From NCBI GenBank assembly GCA_963781245.1, contig CAWAFB010000026.1, positions 17,304-81,303 on the forward strand: a stretch of 64,000 nucleotides of DNA. The letters run 5' to 3'. Shown here piece after piece: positions 9,967 to 19,742 of this stretch; the stretch's first letter is position 1; every line of letters starts with the position of its first letter. Both the position numbers and the translations under genes were made by a program. This DNA is from an uncultured Acidobacteriaceae bacterium. GTDB taxonomy: Bacteria; Acidobacteriota; Terriglobia; Terriglobales; Acidobacteriaceae. The notes beneath the pieces were generated by a model, which saw only the letters and a program-made list of their open reading frames with translations, ran no database searches and had not been told where the DNA came from.

Positions 9967-10923
9967 ATGCAAGTCATCTCTTCTCTCGAATCGATACCGG
10001 CAGCCCTAACCCGCACGGTTCTTGCTATCGGCAACTTCGACGGCATGCATCGCGGACATCAGACCATTCTGCGGGAGGTCCGCGAGCGGGCCCGTCTGCT
10101 CGACGCGCAGTCCGCGGCGGTGACCTTCGATCCGCACCCGATGCGGGTTCTCCGGCCGGATCAGGCGCCCCGGCTCATCACGCCGCTGCCCCAGCGGCTG
10201 GACCTGCTCGCGCAGACGGGGATCGACTTCGCTATGGTCATTCCCTTCACCGAGCAGTTCTCCCAGCTTTCGGCGCACGAATTCGCCGACGGCGTTCTGC
10301 GGCAGTCATTGCACGCGATCGAGGTTCATGAGGGCGACAATTTCCGCTTCGGCCATGGCGCCCGGGCGGGCACAGCGCAGCTTATACAACTAGGACATCA
10401 GCTCGGTTTTGACGTGGCTGCGCACCCTGCTCTCAGCATTCGCGGAATCGCCGTTTCCAGTTCACAAATACGGCAACGGATCGCCGCCGGGGATGTTTCG
10501 TGTGCCCGCGTGCTGCTGGGGCGGACATTTTCGATCCGGTCGACGCCGGCCCGGGGCCGGGGCGTCGGCACACGCCTCACCGTGCCGACCATCAATCTCG
10601 CGCCGTACAACGAACTTGTGCCCGCCAATGGCGTCTACATCACTCGCATCACGATTGGATCGGGGCTGAACAGGGAAACGTTCGACGCAGTCACGAACGC
10701 GGGCAATCGTCCTACGTTTGGGGAGGACTCCTATGCAATCGAGTCGCATCTGCTCGACTTTCGTCCGCTTGATCTTACCGAGGAGACACCGATCGAGCTC
10801 TGCTTCCTGGTCCGTATCCGGGCGGAGCGGCGCTTCGACTCACCGGAAGCCTTGAAGGCGCAAATTCTTAAGGACGTAGCTTACGCGCGGCGCTACCTGC
10901 GCCTTGCTCACGCGATTTCATGA
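9967..10923 (+). CDS. ribF: bifunctional riboflavin kinase / FMN adenylyltransferase
   Basis: IGNFDGMHRGHQ N-terminal motif and a C-terminal riboflavin-kinase-like region; 318 aa. Confidence 0.85.
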   Translation: MQVISSLESIPAALTRTVLAIGNFDGMHRGHQTILREVRERARLLDAQSAAVTFDPHPMRVLRPDQAPRLITPLPQRLDLLAQTGIDFAMVIPFTEQFSQLSAHEFADGVLRQSLHAIEVHEGDNFRFGHGARAGTAQLIQLGHQLGFDVAAHPALSIRGIAVSSSQIRQRIAAGDVSCARVLLGRTFSIRSTPARGRGVGTRLTVPTINLAPYNELVPANGVYITRITIGSGLNRETFDAVTNAGNRPTFGEDSYAIESHLLDFRPLDLTEETPIELCFLVRIRAERRFDSPEALKAQILKDVAYARRYLRLAHAIS

Positions 10924-11086
10924 GCCGGGGTGTGCCCCCCTGATCCTGTAGTTTGTTATTCATTCATTCTGTTGGGGTTAGCGGAATGTACTTTGTAACT
11001 CATTCATATCAGGGTCTTTACCTGTAACTGATTGTTGTCGCTTGACTTACGGCTGCAACACCGCTCAGCAGAGCTGTCAGAATGGG

Positions 11087-11120
11087 AAAGGCCCGGTCTA
11101 GTGGCGACCGGGCCTTTTTC
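11087..11120 (+). terminator. rho-independent terminator-like hairpin
   Basis: AAAGGCCCGGTC-tagtggc-GACCGGGCCTTT followed by TTTTC. It lies between the convergent ribF and glutaredoxin genes. Confidence 0.7.
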
Positions 11121-11171
11121 AATTCCTATTTCTTTTCTATTTTAGCGGTCTCCGCGTAATTCTCGGCCAAC

Positions 11172-11402
11172 TCAACCGGCGAGAAGTGTTTCGAGCCGAT
11201 CTGGATCGAAGCCGATAATCACTTCGTCGCCGACCACGATGGTCGGGGTCGACCGGCTGTTCAGTTCCATAAGCTCGCGCAGCGCTACCGGATCCGCCTG
11301 GACGTCTTTGTATTCGAAAGGCACTTCATGCACCTGTAAAAATAACTTTGCCGCGTAGCAGGGCGGGCATCCTGGCTGGCTATATAACAACACACGTTTC
11401 AT
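11172..11402 (-). CDS. glutaredoxin-family protein (CPPC)
   Basis: 76 aa with an N-terminal YSQPGCPPC active site and thioredoxin-fold length. Confidence 0.8.
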   Translation of the reverse strand: MKRVLLYSQPGCPPCYAAKLFLQVHEVPFEYKDVQADPVALRELMELNSRSTPTIVVGDEVIIGFDPDRLETLLAG

Positions 11403-11663
11403 ATCTATTTAGATTAACAACTATTTACGGAAGATTCATTACCCGGAACGGGGCAGCTCGATTATTGCAAGATGCTTTCCCGCGCCGATCGTCGATGCTG
11501 CCACTGGAATTGGCGGGAAAACGCCCATTGCTGATCAGCAGAGTCCGGTTTCGGACACACCCAACTGATTGAGACCTACCATTCCTCTTTCGCCTCAATG
11601 ACATGCGGACGGGAACCGCGTGGCCTCACGCATGCGTAGACAATCTATGGGAGTATTCCGTCG

Positions 11664-14090
11664 ATGATCCTCTATAACCTGCGCCACGCCTTCCGCCAGC
11701 TTGTCCGCCTGCCCGGCTTCAGCATCACTGCCATCATCACGCTTGCGCTCGGCATCGGAGCCAATACCGCCATCTTCAGCGTGGTGAATGCCGTGCTCCG
11801 GCACCCGGCCGGTGTCGACCATCCGGAGCGCGTCGCGGTCATGAACGTGTACTACAAGCAGCTGGCGCTGGATGTCCCCTTTATCTCTGTTCCCGATTAC
11901 GCCGATACTGCCTCGCTCAAGATTGTTGTCGAGGCGGCGGCGATGGAGCGGGCGATCGGCTTCAACACAGAGCACGACGCGAGGGTGGAACATGTGACGG
12001 GCGCGCAGGTTGGCTCGCAGTGGTTCCAGATCTTCGGCGCGCGGCCGATCCTGGGCCGCACCTTCACCGCAGAGGAAGATCAGCCCAATGCCGGCCCGGT
12101 CGCTGTGATCAGCTACGGCCTTTGGCAGCGCGTCTTCGGTGGAAGTCGTGATGTCGTCGGCCAGACGCTGATGCTCGATCAGAAGGCGTATCAGGTGATC
12201 GGCGTGATGCGCAGCGATTTCGACTGGCCGCGCCGCAACGATGTGTGGACACCGATCGCGCTCGCCCCAAAAGACTTCGCAGCAGACCAGCGTTATAACG
12301 AAAACTATCAGACCTTTATTCGTCTCCGTCCCGGCACGACTATCGCCCAGGTCAACGCCGGAATTAACGGGAAAGTCCGCGAGCAGATTCGCATCGAAGG
12401 GGCAGGCTCTTTCGGAAACAGCGCGGGCTGGTCCTTCTACGCCTCGCAGCTGACGCAATTCGCCGCTGGCCCACTGCGCAAGCCCCTCTATGTCCTCTTT
12501 GGGGTGGTCGCACTCGTTCTGCTTATCGCTTCCGCCAACGTTGCGGGACTCTTCCTTGCGCGCACCGCGGCTCGCACCCGCGAATTCGCCATCCGCACCG
12601 CACTGGGCGCAAACGCATCTGCCATTGTCGGCCAGTTGCTCACCGAAACCATGCTTCTTGCCGGTGCTGCGACCCTCATCGGCATTGCTGCCGGACCAAT
12701 TTTCGGCCGCATCCTGCTCTGGCTGATACCGCACAGCCTCGCCGAAGGGTATGAGGTCCACATGGACCCCGCGGTCCTTGCCTTCACCGCATGCGCCGGC
12801 CTCCTCACGTCGCTCATTGCCGGGATCGGGCCGTCGCTTCGCCTGCTGCGCCAGCATGAGTCGCTCGATCTGCACGAAGGCGGACGCAACGCGACGACGT
12901 CGGTTGAAAAACAACGGCTGCGCAGCGCGTTCGTCATCGGAGAAGTTGCGCTTGCCTGTTTGCTGCTCACCGGCACCGGCCTCTTCCTTTTCAGTCTTCG
13001 CGCGCTTCAGCAGGTCGATCCGGGGTTCAACCCGCATGGCGTCCTCGACGCTTCCGTCTTTTACTCAGGCGATAGTTTCAAGAAGGACGAGGCACAGCAG
13101 GCCACTTTTCTCAACACCGTTATCGACAATCTGTCATCCCAACCCGGAGTCCGCGCGGCGGCTGCGGTTAATCCGCTGCCCTTCGACCCAACGAATGGCG
13201 GATCGAGTTCCTTCCAGATCGTCGGGCGCCCGCTCGCTCCGAACGATCCCGGCCCTCACAGCAATATCACCCTTGCATCGCCCGGCTACCTGAAGGTGAT
13301 GCAGATTCCCCTCATCGCCGGGCGCTGGATATCCCCGGACGACCGGAGCAACACGGAGCCGGTAGTCGTGATCGACAGCCGGCTCGCCCACAAATTCTGG
13401 CCCGATCAGAGTCCCCTGGGACAGCACCTTGCGGGCGGAGGACCCAAGGCCGCCCTGATCATCGGGGTGGTCTCCACAATCCGTAACAGCTCGCTGGAGC
13501 AGGACACCAGTGACGGCATGCGTTACTACCCCTTGACGCAAGCCAAAGATGTCCGTGCTGATTTTCTCGTCCGCACCGACGGCGATTCCAGCGCTCTGGC
13601 TTCAGTCATGCAGCGAGCCGTGACGGCAGCCGACAGCACACAGACGGTTACTGACATCCTGCCGATTGAATCTCTCGTTTCCGGATCGCTGGCCGGCCGC
13701 CGACTGATCGTTGATATGCTGGCTGCCTTCGCCGGCCTTGCCTTGTTGCTGGCCGTCGTTGGCATTTACGGACTGATCAGCTATGTCACCAGCCAGCGAA
13801 CGGTTGAGGTTGGCCTGCGCATGGCTGTGGGCGCCCAGCGCACTGATGTCGTTTTTCTTGTTCTCAGGGGCGCGCTGGCATGGGTAATCACCGGCCTCGC
13901 CATTGGAGCCGTCCTGTCGATCGTCGCTGACCGATTACTGCGCCAGTCCTTCGCGTCCTTCGGCTCGGGAGTCGTTGAATCACTCGCCCTCTCGGTTCTT
14001 TCCCTGCTGGTTGTGGGAGTGCTCGCGGCCTTCCTGCCCGCGCTGCGCGCCGCGTCTATCCAGCCGATCAAGGCTTTACGGAATGAGTGA
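11664..14090 (+). CDS. ADOP-family duplicated MacB/FtsX-like ABC permease (no adjacent ATPase)
   Basis: 808 aa with two MacB_PCD/FtsX-like halves and an N-terminus [34 protein letters not shown] typical of acidobacterial duplicated orphan permeases. Confidence 0.8.
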   Translation: MILYNLRHAFRQLVRLPGFSITAIITLALGIGANTAIFSVVNAVLRHPAGVDHPERVAVMNVYYKQLALDVPFISVPDYADTASLKIVVEAAAMERAIGFNTEHDARVEHVTGAQVGSQWFQIFGARPILGRTFTAEEDQPNAGPVAVISYGLWQRVFGGSRDVVGQTLMLDQKAYQVIGVMRSDFDWPRRNDVWTPIALAPKDFAADQRYNENYQTFIRLRPGTTIAQVNAGINGKVREQIRIEGAGSFGNSAGWSFYASQLTQFAAGPLRKPLYVLFGVVALVLLIASANVAGLFLARTAARTREFAIRTALGANASAIVGQLLTETMLLAGAATLIGIAAGPIFGRILLWLIPHSLAEGYEVHMDPAVLAFTACAGLLTSLIAGIGPSLRLLRQHESLDLHEGGRNATTSVEKQRLRSAFVIGEVALACLLLTGTGLFLFSLRALQQVDPGFNPHGVLDASVFYSGDSFKKDEAQQATFLNTVIDNLSSQPGVRAAAAVNPLPFDPTNGGSSSFQIVGRPLAPNDPGPHSNITLASPGYLKVMQIPLIAGRWISPDDRSNTEPVVVIDSRLAHKFWPDQSPLGQHLAGGGPKAALIIGVVSTIRNSSLEQDTSDGMRYYPLTQAKDVRADFLVRTDGDSSALASVMQRAVTAADSTQTVTDILPIESLVSGSLAGRRLIVDMLAAFAGLALLLAVVGIYGLISYVTSQRTVEVGLRMAVGAQRTDVVFLVLRGALAWVITGLAIGAVLSIVADRLLRQSFASFGSGVVESLALSVLSLLVVGVLAAFLPALRAASIQPIKALRNE

Positions 14091-14204
14091 GGCCGTGGCA
14101 TCTCAATAAGGAAAGCCGGTCAAATTAGGAAAACCGCTGAGCGCATTGCCGCTCATGTACACTCATCGGCGAAGTTGTGACTCCCCGCCGGAGAAGATTG
14201 ATCC

Positions 14205-16196
14205 ATGACCCGTATGCGTCTTGCCATAGTAACTCTGCTCGTTGTGCCGACTTTGGCTTTCGCCGCCAGTGTAGCTACGGCTTCGGGACCTGGGGCTTCG
14301 GGTAGCGCAGATTCGGGTCCTCAGGCTCGCACACCCACCGATCCCGCCAGCGTCGGCTCCGCGCAGCAAGCGGGTGCCGGCCCGATTGACATCAAGGATC
14401 TGCTTGGCACCGTGCGTCTCGCCGGCGCCGCCTGGTCGCCCGACGGCAAGCAAATCGTCTATACCGGCAATGCTTCCGGGCGGTTCAACGTCTGGCTCAT
14501 GCATGCCGATGGCTCAGGAGCTCATCAACTCGCCCAGTCCGACGACGCTCAGTTCGGCCCGATCTGGGTGAAGGACGGCAGCGGAATTATCTTCGAGCAG
14601 GATCAGGGCGGGAATGAGATGTATGACCTCTACTTCGTTGCCGCCTCGGGAGGCGCGCCGGAAAATCTCACCAATACCGCGCAGACCAACGAAACCAATC
14701 CCCACTTTTCTCCCGACGGCAAGCTGATCGCTTTTCTGACCAAGGAGAAGAAAGAACCCTCGACGAATCTCGCCATCATGGACTGGTCCACCCGCAAAGT
14801 TCGCCAACTCACACACGAGCAGAACCCCAAACTCAGCTGGAGAATGGTTGCGTGGAGTCCCGACCAGCGTTTTCTGTATGCCGACCGCGGCGATCTGCAC
14901 GAAGACTCCAGCATCTACCAGGTCAATGTCGAAACCGGCGAGTCGGTCGAGCTGACTCCGCACCAGGGCAGAGTTCTGATTTTGGCCTCCGACATCTCTC
15001 CCGATGGCAAGACTCTCCTGATCGGCTCAAATGAAAAGGGCGGATTCGATAACGTCGCGCTGCTCGACATCGCCTCACGTAAGAAGACCTGGATCACCGA
15101 TACGCAATGGGAAGCGTCTCCGGGCGGCTTTTCTCCCAGCGGCGACCGTCTCACATATTCGCTCAACGCCGATGGGCGCACCTCTATTCAGTTTGTCGAC
15201 GCGAAGACCCTGAAGCCGGTATCCACCAACATTCCCGAAGGCCTGAACTTCGAAGTCGGCGATCCTTCGCCGTTCTCCTCGACCGGAAATTTTCTCTTCT
15301 CCCACCAGGACTCCACCCATGCGCCCAACCTCTACGTTCTCGCCGGTAACGGGGCAGCGCCGGAGCAGATTACGCACGTTGAAAGCGCGTCGCTTCGTAC
15401 TGCTGTTCTGCCGCAGTCGCAAATCGTCCACTATCGCAGCTTCGACGGTAAGATCATCTCCGCTTTCCTCTCCATGCCATTCAACCTCAAACGCGACGGA
15501 ACCAATCCTCTGATCGTTCTGCCGCATGGCGGGCCTACAGGTCAGACCGTCGACAGCTTCTCGCCGCGCATCATCGCGCTGGTTTCGCGGGGGTATATCG
15601 TCGTTGCGCCCAACGTACGCGGATCGACCGGCTACGGAGCCGACTTCGAGCGGGCCAATTATCAGGACCTGGGCGATGGAGATCTGCAGGATGAGGTCTA
15701 CGCGGTCAAATTCATGAAGGAGACCGGTTACGTAGACACTAAGAAGATCGGCATCACTGGCGGCTCGTACGGCGGCTTCATGACGCTCATGGCAATCGGT
15801 AAGGCGCCTGATGTCTGGGCGGCTGCCGTTGAGGAATACGGCATCATCGACTGGTACACCATGCTGAAACATTCTGATCCTTATCTACAGGAGTACGAGA
15901 AGTCGCTCCTCGGCGATCCGGAAAAGGATCGCGACAAATACGAGGCCGCCTCGCCCATCAAGTACCTGCACAACGAACGGGCTCCTTTGCTGGTGCTGCA
16001 GGGGGAAAATGACATCCGCGTTCCCCGTGAGGAAGCCGCGCAGGTGGTCGACACTCTCAAGAAGGACGGCCGCACGATCGATGTCGTTTATTACCCGCAG
16101 GAGGGGCACGGATTCATTAAGCGCGAAGACCAGATTGACGAAATCACCCGCATGATCGAATGGTTCGACAAATACCTGAAAGCGCCTGCCGCCTAG
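14205..16196 (+). CDS. S9-family serine peptidase with an N-terminal TolB-like beta-propeller
   Basis: Signal peptide, PD40-like repeats (WSPDGK, FSPDGK, ISPDGK), and a GGSYGG nucleophile motif in the C-terminal alpha/beta-hydrolase part. Confidence 0.8.
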   Translation: MTRMRLAIVTLLVVPTLAFAASVATASGPGASGSADSGPQARTPTDPASVGSAQQAGAGPIDIKDLLGTVRLAGAAWSPDGKQIVYTGNASGRFNVWLMHADGSGAHQLAQSDDAQFGPIWVKDGSGIIFEQDQGGNEMYDLYFVAASGGAPENLTNTAQTNETNPHFSPDGKLIAFLTKEKKEPSTNLAIMDWSTRKVRQLTHEQNPKLSWRMVAWSPDQRFLYADRGDLHEDSSIYQVNVETGESVELTPHQGRVLILASDISPDGKTLLIGSNEKGGFDNVALLDIASRKKTWITDTQWEASPGGFSPSGDRLTYSLNADGRTSIQFVDAKTLKPVSTNIPEGLNFEVGDPSPFSSTGNFLFSHQDSTHAPNLYVLAGNGAAPEQITHVESASLRTAVLPQSQIVHYRSFDGKIISAFLSMPFNLKRDGTNPLIVLPHGGPTGQTVDSFSPRIIALVSRGYIVVAPNVRGSTGYGADFERANYQDLGDGDLQDEVYAVKFMKETGYVDTKKIGITGGSYGGFMTLMAIGKAPDVWAAAVEEYGIIDWYTMLKHSDPYLQEYEKSLLGDPEKDRDKYEAASPIKYLHNERAPLLVLQGENDIRVPREEAAQVVDTLKKDGRTIDVVYYPQEGHGFIKREDQIDEITRMIEWFDKYLKAPAA

Positions 16197-16211
16197 CTAA
16201 AACCGGCGTAC

Positions 16212-17177
16212 TTACTGCGTCTGCGAGTTTGCCGCACGGCTGAACCGCTCCGACATGTGGCGGATCTTCTCAACCAACTCCGGTGGCTCGCTGACTTCGA
16301 AGTCCACGCCGAACATGCCGAGATATCCGGCCAGCATTTCGATCGTGTAGGCGCCGATATGCACCCGGCACCGTTTCTCGTCGACCGCCTCTAAGGTGCC
16401 GAGCGTGCAGGGAACGAATTCTGCCATGCGCTCGATTGGCGCATGCAATATGACGCTCGTCCGATGCGGATACTGCTCATACGAGATTCCGCGCGTGACG
16501 TAAGCCGCGATGTCCTCCGCAGGCAGCTTCCGCGTAACAAAGCGCAAACCGGAAAGCGCAGGCTTATCGATGCGATCTACACGGAACGTCCGCCAGTCTT
16601 TGCGGGCGGCGTCCCACGCCACCAGGTACCAGCGACGGCCAAAGCTCACCAGGCGATGCGGTTCGACCTGTCGGTCGCCCGGCTCGCCTTTCTTCCCGTG
16701 ATACCTGAAGCGCAGACCGTCGTTGTCGCGGCATGCGCCGGCCATCAGGGAGAGAGTTGCCGCGTCGACCGTAGGCCCGGCATTTGCCACCGGCACGATA
16801 AACGAGTGCAGTGCTTTGATCCGCCGTTGCAGTCGTGACGGCAGCACCTGTTCCAGCTTCGCGAGTGCCCGGACCGACGATTCCTCAATGCCGGTCACTC
16901 CGCCGCTCGCTGCGGTTCGCAGCCCCACCGCTACGGCGACCGCCTCTTCGTCGTCCAGCAGCAAGGGAGGAAGTGTCGCGCCGGCGCCAAGCTGGTAACC
17001 GCCCGATGTCCCCGACGTCGAATGCACGGGATAGCCAAGATGCCGCAGCCGGTCCACATCGCGTCGCAAAGTGCGCGAAGTGACCTCCAGCCGGTCAACC
17101 AGTTCAGCGCCGGACCAGTAGCGTCGCGCCTGGAAGAGCGAGAGCAGACGGAGCAGTCGGGCCGAGGTCTCAAGCAT
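16212..17177 (-). CDS. YafY-family transcriptional regulator (HTH + WYL domain)
   Basis: N-terminal RLLRLLSLFQARRYWSGAELVDRLEVTSRTLRRDVDRLRHLGYPV and a central WYLVAWD motif. Confidence 0.8.
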   Translation of the reverse strand: MLETSARLLRLLSLFQARRYWSGAELVDRLEVTSRTLRRDVDRLRHLGYPVHSTSGTSGGYQLGAGATLPPLLLDDEEAVAVAVGLRTAASGGVTGIEESSVRALAKLEQVLPSRLQRRIKALHSFIVPVANAGPTVDAATLSLMAGACRDNDGLRFRYHGKKGEPGDRQVEPHRLVSFGRRWYLVAWDAARKDWRTFRVDRIDKPALSGLRFVTRKLPAEDIAAYVTRGISYEQYPHRTSVILHAPIERMAEFVPCTLGTLEAVDEKRCRVHIGAYTIEMLAGYLGMFGVDFEVSEPPELVEKIRHMSERFSRAANSQTQ

Positions 17178-17644
17178 GGATTAAGTCTGCCACATCTTGC
17201 GGACTGGAGCTGTCCGCAAACTGTGCCATCATCTTCTGGTAGCAGTCCAAAGATAAACGCCGCCCCGCGCTGCCCCGCTGTTGGTGAAAGAGGAGAGAGC
17301 CCGTGATGAACCTCACCACGCCGCAACCCGAGGGCAGCACCAGCATCGGCGATACCCACCTCGAACTCATTGCAGCGTGCCTCCCCGGCAATGCAGTGAC
17401 GGCCCACTGGGCGTGTGGCTTGCCTCTATCGTTTGTGCAGGAGATGGCGGGTCTCCGGCTGGCGCAGCATGATCAGACGGCAAAGGCTTACACTTCTTCT
17501 GAGTTGGCTTCGAGCTTCGTCGATCCGAACACTGGCACCAAATAGCCATTCGGACGCACCTTGGCGGCTGCTATCATTCTCCCATCGCCCTTTCGGCCCC
17601 CGCCTGACCTCCCCGTCTGATTCAGCCATATCTGAGACTCGTTC

Positions 17645-19615
17645 ATGCTCGTTTTGCTGCCACTCGTGTCCTTTGGCCTGCTTGTCGAAGCATTCAGGCG
17701 TCGACAACTAGTCTGGAGAAGGTCGCTCCTCTACGCCTCGATCCCGTGGGCACTCTTCACAGCATTTATCACTGAGGGCCTCAGCGCTGTCCACTGGCTC
17801 ACAAGGGCGTGCCTGGCTGTATCGTGGCTGGTGTTTGCCCTGGCATCCGTAGCATGGCTGCTTTCGGCTGGACGCACGTCGCAGCGGGCAACCGGTCCGT
17901 TCAACCCGTCCGACCTGTCCGTCTCCCGCTTCGATCTAACAGACCGGCTCGCTTTGGGATTCATCATCCTGCTGACCTCGCTCATCGGGCTGACCGCGAT
18001 TGTCTCCGCCCCCAATACGTGGGATGCGATGGAGTATCACCTGCCCCGTGTCATAGCGTGGATCTCCAATCGCGGCGTGCAGCTTTATCCAACCATCGAT
18101 CGCGGCCAGTTGAGCATGCCTCCTCTTGCCGAATACATCGTGCTGCACCTCGACCTCCTGTACGGGTCAGACCGGCTGGTGAATCTTGTGCAGTGGTTCG
18201 CATATGTGGGCTGCATCCTCTGCGTGTCTCTCATCGTTGAGGAGCTCGGCGGGAGCCGTCGCGCGCAAATCCTCGGCGCGGCTCTGACGGCAGCCCTGCC
18301 CACCGCTGTTCTCGGAGCCTCCGGGACCAAGAACGATCAAGTGCTGGCCTACTGGATTGCGCTCGCCGTGTATTTCCTTCTCCGGTGGAGAACCCGCCAG
18401 GATTGGGCGCATACCCTCGCGCTCGGCTCAACGCTGAGTCTGGCCGTGTTTACCAAGGGAACGGCCTATGCCTATCTTCCCTGCCTGGTTATTGCCTGCG
18501 CGCTCACGTGGAGCAGGGAGGCGATCCGCCGCTTCGTTCTTCGCCTGCCTGTCTTCGCGCTGCTATGCGTCGTTGTGAGCGGACCGCTCTGGGTGCGCAA
18601 CCATACGTTTAGTGGTTCCATTCTTGGGCTGCCCTACTTCGATGGCTCGGGAAGCATTCAGGGACGAATGTTCGCCAACGCTCACATCACGCCACCGCGA
18701 ACGCTTGCCAGTGTGGCGCGATATCTTGCGCTGAACGTCGCTACCCCCAGTTCGCACCTAAACGATCTGCTGACCCGGATCTTTTCCCGCTTCATGCTGG
18801 CCCTCGGCGTCAATCCTAGTGATCCCGGGCAGATATTCTGTTCGCAGAACGGCAACTGCATTCCCTTTTCGGTTCACTTCGAGCCCAAGTACGAGTACTA
18901 CAGCGGCAATCAACTACAACTGTTCCTGTTCCTGCTGGCTGGCGTTCTCTATCTCGTAAATTTCAGAAAGATGCGCCCGGCGGCTGGCTGGTTTGCACTG
19001 GGCTTCGTCGGGTCGTTCACGATGTACTCGGCGATGCTCCGCTGGTCGCCCTGGAGCGCTCGATACCAGTTGCCGCTGTTCGTTGTTGCAGGTGGGTTCA
19101 TCGCCGTTGTGCTGTCACAGATTCTGCCTCGGCGCGCTTTGGCGACGGTCCTTTTTATCCCTCTAATAATTGCGCTGCCTTTGGCGCTGATGAACGAGGC
19201 GCGCCCACTGCTAAAACTTCACCCGCGGGGCCTGGGGATTCTGGCTATGCAGCGGGATCAGACTTACTTCCTGGACCGCCATCAGGACAAGACCGATTCC
19301 TTCATCGCGGCATCGAAGGCGACGGCCTCGCTGCGCTGCCGCTCAATCGGGCTCGATGCCAAACTGCTGCACTTCGACTACGCGGTGTTTGCTCTCATAA
19401 GCGAAGACAAGCAGCCTCGAACTTTCTCGTATGTTGCCGTTGACAACTCGACCGAGAAGTTCAGGTCAGCACAAGTGCCTCCACCCTGCGCAATCGTCTG
19501 CCTTGGTTGCGCGCACGTTGCGCAGAAGTGGGAACTTTATCAGGGCCAGGGATTTCAGGGAGATATCTTTGGAGATGTCGTCGTCTTCCACGAGCCTGAC
19601 GACCCGCTGAAGTGA
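17645..19615 (+). CDS. polytopic membrane protein, GT-C/PMT_2-like glycosyltransferase candidate
   Basis: 656 aa with more than 10 predicted TM helices. Function is tentative. Confidence 0.4.
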   Translation: MLVLLPLVSFGLLVEAFRRRQLVWRRSLLYASIPWALFTAFITEGLSAVHWLTRACLAVSWLVFALASVAWLLSAGRTSQRATGPFNPSDLSVSRFDLTDRLALGFIILLTSLIGLTAIVSAPNTWDAMEYHLPRVIAWISNRGVQLYPTIDRGQLSMPPLAEYIVLHLDLLYGSDRLVNLVQWFAYVGCILCVSLIVEELGGSRRAQILGAALTAALPTAVLGASGTKNDQVLAYWIALAVYFLLRWRTRQDWAHTLALGSTLSLAVFTKGTAYAYLPCLVIACALTWSREAIRRFVLRLPVFALLCVVVSGPLWVRNHTFSGSILGLPYFDGSGSIQGRMFANAHITPPRTLASVARYLALNVATPSSHLNDLLTRIFSRFMLALGVNPSDPGQIFCSQNGNCIPFSVHFEPKYEYYSGNQLQLFLFLLAGVLYLVNFRKMRPAAGWFALGFVGSFTMYSAMLRWSPWSARYQLPLFVVAGGFIAVVLSQILPRRALATVLFIPLIIALPLALMNEARPLLKLHPRGLGILAMQRDQTYFLDRHQDKTDSFIAASKATASLRCRSIGLDAKLLHFDYAVFALISEDKQPRTFSYVAVDNSTEKFRSAQVPPPCAIVCLGCAHVAQKWELYQGQGFQGDIFGDVVVFHEPDDPLK

Positions 19616-19742
19616 GCACGCGCTAGAACTTTCGATTGACCCGCACCCGCAACTTTCGACTCAAGACTTTCCCACCCCTCCGCCCTTAGTGTCGCTACGA
19701 TGCTCCATTCATATTCGCTGAGAGAGCACGCAACAGTTTCAC

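Noticed and set aside
11595-13037. 480-aa ORF on the minus strand
   Set aside because: It is entirely antisense to the well-supported ADOP permease gene. Its composition is Arg/Ala/Gly-rich, typical of shadow ORFs in high-GC DNA, with no recognisable motifs.
15075-15872. 265-aa minus-strand ORF inside the S9 peptidase gene
   Set aside because: It is antisense to a gene with clear catalytic motifs and has no motif of its own.
17303-17545. 80-aa ORF divergent from the YafY-type regulator
   Set aside because: It has no recognisable motif, no obvious ribosome-binding site, and a codon pattern that is not clearly coding. It is left unannotated.
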